Assembly: GCF_009914755.1 (NCBI RefSeq) | Contig: NC_060931.1 | DNA from: the human T2T-CHM13v2.0 reference genome, Homo sapiens | Strand: one strand, 5' to 3' | DNA length: 64,000 bases | Position numbers and translations under genes: made by a program | The notes under the pieces: model-generated | The model's database searches: none | Seen by the model: only the letters and a program-made list of their open reading frames with translations | What the model was told of the DNA's origin: nothing | Shown: positions 34,006-43,717 of the stretch, piece after piece | How positions within the stretch are numbered: the stretch's first letter is position 1 | Layout: the number at the start of each line of letters is the position of its first letter

Positions 34006-34050
<45 letters not shown>
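33985..34050. repeat. Alternating pyrimidine/purine tract ending in (TG)19
   Basis: Read directly; pure TG at 34013-34050. Confidence 0.95.
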
Positions 34051-34051
<1 letters not shown>

Positions 34052-34206
34052 CAAGAGGTCCATAGATAGGGCTGGGTGTATGTGTTTCTATGTGTGTATA
34101 TATATTTATATGATTCTATTCCTCTGGAGAACCCAGACCAATACTGAGATGATTCATAATTAAGTTTAAATTAAAATAACTCTGAGCTTTTTTAGTATGT
34201 CATTTA

Positions 34207-34707
34207 TGTCAGGCCTCTGAGCCTAAGCCAAGCCATCGCATCCCCTGTGACTTGCACGTATATGCCCAGATGGCCTGAAGTAACTGAAGAATCATAAAAG
34301 AAGTAAAAATGCCCTGCCCCGCCTTAACTGATGACATTCCACTACAAAAGAAGTGTAAATGTCCGGTCCTTGCCTTAACTGATGATGTTCCACCACAAAA
34401 GAAGTGAAAATGGCCGGTCCTTGCCTTAAGTGATGACATTACCTTGTGAAAGTTCTTTTCCTGGCCCATCCTGGCTTCAAATCTCCCCCACTGAGCACCT
34501 TGCAATGCCCACTCCTGCCCGGCAGAGAACAACCCCCCTTTGACTGTAACTTTCCTTTATCTACCCAAATCCTATAAAACGGCCCCACCCTTATCTCCCT
34601 TCACTGACTCTCTTTTCGGACTCAGCCTGCCTGCACCCAGGTGATTAAAAGCTTTATCGCTCACACAAAGTCTGTTTAGTAGTCTCTTCACACCGACAGG
34701 CATGAAA
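34207..34707 (+). mobile_element. Solo LTR7 (HERV-H LTR) with three U3 repeat units
   Basis: TGTCAGGCCTCTGAG...CATGAAA; TATAAAA 34573-34579; ATTAAA 34644-34649; perfect 5-bp TSD ATTTA (34202-34206 and 34708-34712); no PBS follows. Confidence 0.96.
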
Positions 34708-35179
34708 ATTTAAATATATTCGAATGCTATGGGTCTAAGGTCTAAGATTGTTTTGGATTTTAAACCAAGGTTGAATTCCAATTTGGTCTTTGTTATGGTT
34801 TTCTTTGGAAAGGCGTTATGCCATTGAGTCAGTTAAAAGTGAAATTTACTCATAATCCTTGGTCAAGGGTTTTATAACCCTCTCATCTTTGAATTACTTA
34901 TAACTTACTTTAGAATTATTGTTCATCCTCTTCCCTTTCTTTTACATTATCCATGCTCCTCATATAACATAGCTATAATTAATGAGTTTTACCAAGTCTG
35001 TTTCCTGAGTCTGTAAATCCAGGGGGGCATATATTTCCATATAGCATCTAGTGTTCTAAAAATGCTTGTCTAGGCGATTGGGTTCCCACCTCAGCCATCC
35101 TGTTCCCTCATGGGATTCTGAAGTTATCATGTTTATAATTTACCATCATTTCAATTATAGTAGGTTTCATCACATCAGC

Positions 35180-37100
35180 TGTGATGGCATGGAGAAACAG
35201 TGTAAACCGGCAGTGTAAACAAGAATAGGGCATGTATGAGTAGTTGAGAACGGTGAATAGGAGTATCACTAGACAGAAGATAGTAGGGATGACAAGTTTT
35301 TTGGGGCACAGTCTAAGTTGGTCTGGTGTCTGGAATGAGACTGGGGCCTAATAAAAAGGAGCGTCTTTACAGGAGCTTAAATGGTCTGTACCCTGTAGCG
35401 TTCCGAGGACAGGCCTGAATTCTGAGAAGGGAAAGTGGTAAAAGTATTGTCCAGTCCTTTTTGGTGGCTGAGCTTGGTGAGGTGTGTTTTTAAAAGACCT
35501 TCAGTCCATTCTACTTTTCTTGAAGATGGAGGACCGTAAGGGATATAAAGATTTCACTGAATACTAAGAGCCTGAAAAACTGCTTGGCTGATTTGACTAA
35601 TAAAGGCTCATCTGTTATCAGACTGTATTGAGGTGGGAAGGCTAAACTGAGGAATTATGTCTGACAGAAGGGAAGAAATGACTGCGGTGGCCTTCTCAGA
35701 CCCTGTAGGAAAGGCCTGTACCTATCCAGTGAAAGTATCTACCTAGACTAAGAGGTATTTTAGTTATCTGACTCAGGGCATGTAGAGTAAAGCTAATTTG
35801 CCAGTCCTGGGTGGGGCAAATCCTCCAGCTTGATGTGTAGGGAAGGGAGGGGGCCTGAATAATCCCTGAGGAGTAGTAGAATGGCAGATGGAACACTAAG
35901 AAGTTATTTCCTTGAGGATAGATTTCCACGATGGAAAGGAAATGAGAGGTTCTAAGAGGCGGGCTAGTGGCTTGTACTATAGTATAACCTGCCTTTGCTG
36001 GTGTGTGGCGATTAGGCCTGGTGGAACCGTCATCAATAAATCAAGCATGATCAGGGTGAGGAACAGGAAAGAAGGAAATTTGGGGAAATGGGGTGAATGT
36101 CAGGTGGATCAGAGAAATACAGTCATGGGGGTCAGGTGTGGTATCAGGAATAATGTGGGAGGCCGGATTGAAGTCTGGGCCAGGAACAATGGTAATTGTG
36201 GGAGACTCAACAAAGAGTGAGTATAGCTGAAGGAGCCGGGAAGCAGAAAGTATATGCGTCAGGTATGAGGAAGAAAATAGATTTTGGAAGTTATGAGAAC
36301 TGTAGAGAGTGAGTTGAGCATAGTTTGTGATCTTGAGGGCCTCTAAAAGTATTAATGCAGTGGCAGCCGCTGCACGCAGACATGAGGGCTAGGCTAAAAC
36401 AGTAAGGTCAAGTTGTTTGGACAGAAAGGCTACAGGGTGTGGTCCTGGCTCTTGTGTAAGAATTCTGACCATGCTAACCATGCCTAGGAAGGAAAGGAGT
36501 TGTTGTTTTGTAGAAGGTGCTGGGGTTTGAGAGATCAGTCGGACAAGATTGGCAGGGAGAGCACGTGTGTTTTTATGAGAATTATGCCGAGATAGGTAAC
36601 AGATGAGGAAGAAATTTTGGCTTGATTGAAGTAATGGGGGCTGACTGTGAAGCTTTGCAGCAGTACAGCCTAGGTAATTTGCTGAGCTTGATGGGTGTCA
36701 GGGTCAGTCCAAGTGAAAGCGAAGAGAGGCTGGGATGAAGGGTGCAAAGGAATAGTAAAGAAGCATGTTTGAGATCTAGAACAGAATAATGGGTTATAGA
36801 GGCAGGTATTGAGGATAGGAGAGTATATGGGTTTGGCACCACAGGGTGGATAGGCAAAACAATTTGGTTGATAAGGCACAGATCCTGAAGTAACTTGTAA
36901 GTCTTGTCTGGTTTTAGGACAGGTAAAATGGGGAAATTGTAAGGAGAGTTTATAGGCTTTAAAAGGCCATGCTGTAGCAGGCAAGTGAAAACAGGCTTTA
37001 ATCTTTTTAAAGCATGCTGCAGGATGGGATATTGGCGTTGAGTGAGGTAAGGGTGATTAGGTTTTAATGAAATGGTAAGGGGTGCATGATCGGTCGCCAA
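35180..37100 (-). pseudogene. pol: HERV-H pol remnant (RT N-terminus, frameshifted and internally deleted, then RNaseH/IN fragments)
   Basis: QYPI..SPYNFPILPVLKPDKTYKLLQDLCLIN..VPNPYTLLS..YSVLDLKHA, frameshift to FFTIPLHPSSQPLFAFTWTDP; no YxDD segment visible between SPHYFNQA and SSSVTYLG. Confidence 0.9.
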
Positions 37101-37651
37101 GGAGGGAGTAGAGATATCTTATACTTGTGGGTTAGGGTGGGGGGATACAAGAGGAGGACGCAAAGGAGGCTTTGAATTGGGATGAAGGGCGGCAATGAGA
37201 TATAGCTGTAGTCCAGGAATAGTCAGGGAAGCAGATAATTTAGTTAAAGTGTCTCAGCCTAATAAGGTAACTGGGCAGGTGGAGATAACTAAAAAGGAGT
37301 GCTTAAAAGAGTATTGTCTAAGTTGGCACCAGAGTTGGAGAGTTTTAAGAGGTTTAGAAGCCTGGCTGTCAATACCCACAACAGTTATGGAGGCAAGGGA
37401 AACAGGCCCTTGAAAAGAAGGTAATGTGGAGTGGGTAGCCTCTGTATGATTAAGAAGGGGACAGACTTACCCTCCACTGTGAGTTACCCGAAGCTCGGCA
37501 TCTGTGATGGTCTAGGGGGCTTCCGAGGCGATCGCGCAGCGTCAGTCTTCAGCCGCTAAGCTGAGAAGATCTGGGAAGGAGTCAGAGAGCCTTGGGCCAG
37601 AGTTCCAGGGGCTCTGGGAGTGGCTGCCAGGTGAGTTGAACAGTCCGATTT

Positions 37652-38700
37652 TCAGTGGGGTCCCACACAGAAGGGACATGGCTTAGGAGGAATCCTGGGC
37701 TGTGGGCATTCCTTGGCCCCGTGGCCAGATTTCTGGCACTTATAGCAAGCTCCTGGGGGAGGAGGTTCTGGAGGAATGCCTGGCTGCTGCGCTTCAGGTG
37801 TTTGGAAGCTCTTGTGTGCTGGAGATGTGGCTGGGGTTTGTCTCACAGTGGAGGCAAGGAATTGCAACTTTTTTCTATTATTGTACACCTTGAAGGCGAG
37901 GTTAATTAAATCCTGTTGTGGGGTTTGAGGGCCGGAATTTAATTTTTGGAGTTTTATTTAATGTCGGGAGCAGATTGGGTAATAAAATGTATTTTGAGAA
38001 TAAGACGGCCTTTTGACTTTTTAGGGTCTAGGGCTGTAAAGTGTCTCAGGGTTGCTGCCAAACAAGTCATGAACTGGGCTGGATTTTTATATTTGATGAA
38101 AAAGAGCCTAAACGCTATCTGATTTGGGATAAAGAAAAAGGAGCATTAAGCTTGACTGTGCCTTTGGCTCCAGCCAACTTTTTAAGAGTAAATTGCTGGG
38201 CAGGTTGGGGAGGGCTAGTCATGGAATGAAACTGTAAGCTGGACCAGGTGTGAGGAGGGGAGGTGATAAAAAGATTATAGGGTGGAGGAGCAGAGGATGA
38301 GGAAGAATTGGGATCTAGCTCGGCCTGGAGAGGAGCAGCCTGGGGAGGAAGGGAGAGGTCAGATGGGTCTGTAGAAAAGGAAGATTAGAAAGACTCAGTG
38401 ACGCTTGGGGTTGGGACTGAGGGGACAGGCGGGAGGGAAAGAAGGAAGATTTGGGACGAGTTGCACTGGGCACAGAGACTAGGAACGGACTGATGTGTAA
38501 AAGAATGCCTGGACTTCAGGCACCTCAGACCATTTGCCTATTTTACGACAAGAATTATTTAGATTTTGCAGGATGGAAAAATTCAAAGTGCCATTTTCTG
38601 GCTATTTGGAACTACTGTCGAGTTTGTACTGGGGTCAAGCGGCATTGCAGAAGAAAATAAGGCATTTAGGTTTTAGGTCAGGTGTGAGTTAAAGAGGTTT
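37652..38700 (-). pseudogene. gag: HERV-H gag remnant including nucleocapsid CCHC knuckle
   Basis: ORF 37652-37888 PPPPGACYKCQKSGHGAKECPQP; upstream frame broken; 5' boundary approximate. Confidence 0.82.
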
Positions 38701-38779
38701 TAAGTTTTTGAGAACACAGGCCAAGGGAGTAGAAGGAGGAATGGAGGGTGGAAGGTTGCCCATAGTGAAGGAAGCAAGC

Positions 38780-39130
38780 CCAGAGAAAAGAGTAGAGACA
38801 CAGAGAAGGGGTGGGGGGTTCTTGCCCTCCAGAAAAGCAGAGAAAGGGTTGGGGCACGGAAATAAGGGATTGGGGCACAGAGATAAGAGGTTGGGGTGCG
38901 GAAATAAGGGATTGGGGTACAGAGATAAGAGGTTGGGGCGTGGAAATAAGCGATTGGGGGGTTCTTGCCCCCTAGGAAAGCGGGACTTGCCGCTAAGGGT
39001 GAAGGAGAAGGGGTTGAGGGGTACTTGCCCCTCTCCCAGAAAAGCAGAGAAGGGGTAGAGACAAGGAGAGAAGGGGTTGAGGTACTTGTCCCTTCCCCAG
39101 AAAAGAGGGACTTGCCGCTAAGGGTGAAGG
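38780..39130. repeat. HERV-H leader tandem repeats (about 21/42-bp ggggcacggaaataagggatt / ggggcacagagataagaggtt units; duplicated ccagaaaagc...gacttgccgctaagggtgaagga blocks)
   Basis: Read directly. Confidence 0.85.
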
Positions 39131-39583
39131 ACCAAGGCAGGCGTCCCTGCGTGGTCTGACACCCTTGAAACGTGTAAGTATAATCAGAGAGGTGTCCCTG
39201 CAGTGATTAAACACCAAGGGAAGGCTGCCTTCCCAGTCCGTGACTGGCGCCGGAGTTTTGGGTCCATGGATAAAACGTGTCTCCTTTGTCTCTCCCAGAA
39301 AATGAAAGGAATTGAAATGAAGAGAAGGGAGAGATTGAAGTGTAGCACCAAAATTGAAAGGAGAAAGAGGTTGAGGGATAGTGAGGGAGGTTGGAGAAGA
39401 GAGTAAAAAGAGGCCGCTTACCGGATTTGAAATTGCTGAGATGTTTCTTGGGCTGGTCGGTCTGAGGACGTGAGGTCGTAGGTGGATCTTTCTTATGGAG
39501 CAAAGAGCAGGAGGACGGGGGATTGATCTCCCAAGGGAGGTCCCCCTATCCAAGTCACGGCACCAAATTTCATGCGCGTCCAT
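38993..39583 (-). CDS. Candidate ESRG/HESRG-like HERV-H leader ORF, 196 aa from AUG (frame stays open further upstream into the LTR)
   Basis: MDAHEIWCRDLDRGTSLGRSIP...SNPVSGLF...PAPVTDWEGSLPLVFNHCRD...RPRRDACLGPSPLAASP...GASTPQPLLLHP matches my recollection of the ESRG protein; translation unproven. Confidence 0.35.
   Translation of the reverse strand: MDAHEIWCRDLDRGTSLGRSIPRPPALCSIRKIHLRPHVLRPTSPRNISAISNPVSGLFLLSSPTSLTIPQPLSPFNFGATLQSLPSLHFNSFHFLGETKETRFIHGPKTPAPVTDWEGSLPLVFNHCRDTSLIILTRFKGVRPRRDACLGPSPLAASPSFLGKGQVPQPLLSLSLPLLCFSGRGASTPQPLLLHP
39416..39424 (-). promoter_or_regulatory. HERV-H major 5' splice donor CCG|GTAAGC
   Basis: Plus strand gcttac|cgg; standard position about 145 nt after the LTR. 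Confidence 0.8.
39548..39565 (-). promoter_or_regulatory. Primer binding site for tRNA-His
   Basis: TGGTGCCGTGACTTGGAT, one mismatch to TGGTGCCGTGACTCGGAT, 2 nt after the LTR end. Confidence 0.93.
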
Positions 39584-40016
39584 GTGAAGAGACCACCAAA
39601 CAGGCTTTGTGTGAGCAACATGGCTGTTTATTTCACCTGGGTGCAGGCCGGCTGAGTCCGAAGAGTCAGCGAAGGGAGATAAGGATGGGGCCGTTTTATA
39701 GGATTTGGGTAGGTAAAGGAAAATTACAGTCAAAGGGGGTTTGTTCTCTGGCGGGCAGGAGTGGGGGTCACAAGGTTCTCAGTGGGGGTGATTTTTGAGC
39801 CAGGATGAGCCAGGAAAAGGACTTTCACAAGGTAATGTCATCACTTAAGGCAAGGACCGGCCATTTACACTTCTTTTGTGGTGGAATGTCATCAGTTAAG
39901 TTGGGGCAGGGCATATTCACTTCTTTTGTGATTCTTCAGTTACTTCAGGCCATCTGGGCGTATACCTGCAAGTCACAGGGGATGCGATGGCTTGGCTTAG
40001 GCTCAGAGGCCTGACA
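39568..40016 (-). promoter_or_regulatory. 5' LTR7 promoter of the provirus
   Basis: TATAAAA at 39694-39700 (-); two CACAAAAGAAGTG units; AATAAA in R. Confidence 0.93.
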
Positions 40017-42259
40017 GTAGGTACTGGTGGAATCACCTGACTTTTCTTATCTCCTTGCCTAAACATCCTTCTCAGGAATAAGAGCACCACAGGCCTGAGC
40101 TGAAGCCCAGAATCCAGAGCTAATCTGAGTGGGGTAGATGAACCTGTATCAGTAAGACATGAAATTAGAAACTAATGGCAGACAGGAAACTATGGGCTCT
40201 TGGACCAAGACGGACTTTCGAAAATGGCAAAACTAAATCAAAGATGAAGACAAAGGATAAAAATTAAAAGCTGACTTGGGTACAGCTACAGAGGACTTGC
40301 AATGACGTTCAGTGAGATTGATCAGAAAGCATCAGGGATGCATAAGAAGCTCATTCATTCAGAGATTCCCTGACAAAGGAATCCTCTGATAAGACACTTG
40401 GGCTTTTACCCATGAACATGGAAGAAGAGATAAGGTCTGGCTTTGAAAACGATTTTATTAAACACTGACCCTTCTAATATACCCAACAAGACCTAATTGT
40501 GCATGAATTCTAACTTGCGGAATGTTTTGTTCTTCAGAAGCCACAACATAAAGAAGTGAACATAAGTAAAATTTCAGGACAAGCAGTATCAAAAGTGTAC
40601 AGGTGTATATATAACTTTTTCATAGTTTTCCTTAGTTAAATATTAAGAAAAAAAGCAAGAGTTATATTTCCTTAAGCAGACAGTTTCTTTGACAATATAT
40701 TTTAATTAGTACAAGAATGGTAGAATATGATAAATATAGAAGATAATTTAGGCATAGAAACATGTTAAGTGTATCTAAAACTAATATTTATGAATTATTA
40801 ATTTAGTAAAATTTGTCACTGTGTTTAGGAATATTAAGCCATATTAAGTAGTATATCTTAAAGTTATTCACATATTCCAATAAGTATGAAGAGTTAGAAG
40901 AATATTGTTTAAAAATATAGATGGCAAAAATACTAAAGTTGCACCGTTATTGTAGTTTTGGAATACGGAATAGGAAAACAGCAATGTGAAATATTAGAGT
41001 TTATTTCAATGTTTTAAAGTCCTGCAATCTTCATTATGTAGCTATTAAAAAGCAATTTTTTGTTCATATTACTTTGACCATATCACCTTAGGCCTTCCAA
41101 CGATGTTTTCCTGCCAAGAAACAAATTAAGCATTTATTAGAGGTCACTAAGGCATCATTACAGGAGTAATTGCTCACTATAGGTTCTTGCCATTCGTTCA
41201 TTTATTACTCTCTCTGTCTCTTACAAGCCCTTTATAGAATCATGGATTTTTAATAAGTCTTGCACTCTGTGGTGATCTCAGGTTTGGCGTCGCTCATATA
41301 ATTTGTTTCCTTTTTGATTCTGACAGCTTGTTGTTTACAAAATGATAAGTTCTTCCTACAAGAAAGTCCATAAAATGGCCTGAAAGATGCTATAAAATTG
41401 CTAACACTGTAGAATATGAATTATTAACAATACGAATTCTTTGTCTTTTCTGTGACAATTACCTTCCTTCTTTTCTTTATCATCTTATAATTTCCAAATT
41501 ATAGGTAGATTATGTAGCTTTATAGTAAACCACAAGGCCATTCATAGGCTCATTCTGGAAAGTTTCTATACTTTCCATGGTATACCAATGTGGAAACTGT
41601 CCAACATGGTGCTCTCTCTACCCCTCACCAAAGGCCATGCCACTGTGGCTCAGACAAGTGCTTGGGAATTCCAGTGGGACAGGCACTAATAGTACTGACC
41701 CTAAAATAAAAACCACAAAATAACTAATTTCCTGATGCACCATTATATTCCCTTTCCACTTTTCTGAAAAGAAAACTCTGACTTTGCTTTCACATATAAG
41801 GTTGTTATTATGCAACTAATTTTTATATGAAAATGATCTCCTTATGAGATAGTCCAGCATCTTTTCATACAGATGTAAATAAATGTGGTAAAACTGTAGT
41901 TTACACTCTCATTTTCTAAAGCATTAGCAATATTGCATGATAAACAGTGTCATTTCATATAAATATTGTACTGTATAAAAATGATATTTTAATGACTTCC
42001 TCTAAATTTCTTGGAATATGAGACTAACTGCATTGTAAAAGTAATCCAAGCATAGACAAAGTAATGGTTTTATCATTAAGATTCTGTATCATACAGTACA
42101 AAGAAACTCTGTTGTTGTGTTTTGCATTTCAGAACATCACACAGTTGAATATTGGTATTATGCAGTTATGAATAGTGCCTAAATTTTCTCTTAAAAAGTC
42201 TGCTTTTCATTTTCAACCAGAAAACTAAATGTATGAGTATCACAACTTTCATTCAAATA

Positions 42260-43700
42260 ATGTATGTGGTAGTCATGATTGCTGTCCATATCAGTTATGT
42301 CTGGGCCTTCTTCCCTGCCACCTTGCAATTGGGAAGCTCTATGGTCTAGGTTGCTTTGGACAATGAAATGTTAACAGAAGTGACTTGTATCATTTATGAA
42401 CTGAGATTTTTAAAACAGCAATAATCCATTACATTTTTTTTCTCTGCCACAGTGATATAGTTTAGCTATGTCCCCACCCAAATTTCATCTTGAACTATAG
42501 TTCCCATAATCTCCACAGGTCATGGGAGGGACCTGGTGGGAGGTAATTTAATCATGGGGGTGGTTACCTTCATGCTGTTCTTGTTATATGAGTGAGTTTT
42601 CACAAGATCTGATGGTTTTACAAGGGGTATTTCCCCCTTTGCTCGGCACTTCTCCTTCGTGCCATCATGTGAAGAAGGACATGTTTCCTTCCAGTTCCAC
42701 CATGATTTTAAGTTTCCTGAGGCCTCCCCAGCCATGCTGAACTGTGAGCCAATTAAACCTCTTTCCCTATACATTATCCAGTCTCGGGTATGTCTTTATT
42801 AGCAGCATGAGAAAGAAGTGATACACAGAGTACCCAGGAAATATTCCAGAAAATATCTTCTTGTTTTCTCAGCCTAGGTCCCAAAATAAGAATGACTTAG
42901 AGAAGAGGCCTTAGCTAACCTTCATAGGACATAAAATTTGAGTAAAAAACTAACCTTCAGTGCTTACATCATTAAGTTGTTTGTTGTACATCTTAACCTA
43001 GTATAAATGAATGTTCCCATAAGGGGAAACACTTAAATATGTGGTATTTGTTTAGGGTCTGACTGGTAGATAGTGAATAAATAATGGTTGGCTGTTGGAA
43101 AGCAAGCAATCTATGCTATGTAATGGCGAAAATGTTGGTAACATTTTTGCTATGATAGCTTGGAAGGCAGGTCAATTACTAATGAACCTGCAGCTTTGAG
43201 GGAAGAAGTTGGGATGTGCAGGGTTGGAAGCATATGTTGATTGCTATTGGCTATATTTGGCGATGTATTAAAAGGAAGAGATGAAAGGAGGAAAGAATTG
43301 ATCAGTTTGCAACTAGAAATGAAAGAGAATAGAGAAAAATCACAAAATTAGGTACCTGCAAGTTTGCAAAAGATAGATGCTTGTCAATTACCGAGTAAAT
43401 AAAGTAAAATAAAAGTGATAGAAGACATTTGAAATAATTTGAAAAAATGAGATGTCACTGAATATTGGATATTATTTCAAAATGAATGAGATTAAGAGTA
43501 ACATATTTGAAAATAATACAATATAAAATAAAATATTATAAAAAATTTGAGCACGGAAGTCTATTTGAACCTCAGCCTTTCTGTTCAGATCCAATTAGTG
43601 TTAGAAGTACAATATTGGTACTTGAAAAAGTTAAATGGATTAAAGTGGTGTGTATTAGGTCCATTCAACTGGACAAAATAGCACAGGGAAAAAAAAGGCC
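42260..43700 (+). mobile_element. Old MLT1 (H/I/J-like) LTR plus MaLR internal fragment, hosting a THE1
   Basis: ttgctttggacaatgaaatgttaacagaagtgac; aaccttcagtgct...ttgtttgttg; subfamily and boundaries uncertain. Confidence 0.5.
42453..42825 (+). mobile_element. THE1B/C solo LTR
   Basis: tgatatagtttagctatgtccccacccaaatttcatcttgaa...attaaacctctttc...gataca; TSD cacag/cagag. Confidence 0.9.
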
Positions 43701-43717
43701 AAAGGTATAGTTCCCAC

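Larger units (their letters stand above)
33055..34145 (+). mobile_element. MLT2 (ERVL) solo LTR, split by MER4A
   Basis: gtgtttctggataggattaacatttgaattggtagactgagtaaagcagattaccctccc; 3' end tcctctggagaacccagaccaatac. Confidence 0.82.
35165..40016 (-). mobile_element. HERV-H provirus: 5' LTR7, PBS, leader, gag, pro, pol(delta); 3' region and nearly all of the 3' LTR deleted
   Basis: LTR7 at 39568-40016, His-PBS, gag zinc knuckle, RT motifs; TSD GTAGG at 35160-35164 and 40017-40021. Confidence 0.96.

Noticed and set aside
36582-37100. Functional reverse transcriptase
   Set aside because: Frameshift after LDLKHA, stop codons, and no catalytic YxDD segment visible
34207-40016. Reading the two LTR7s as the 5' and 3' LTRs of one provirus with an inverted LTR
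   Set aside because: Each has its own TSD, their U3 and R types differ, and a remnant of the true 3' LTR end is at 35165
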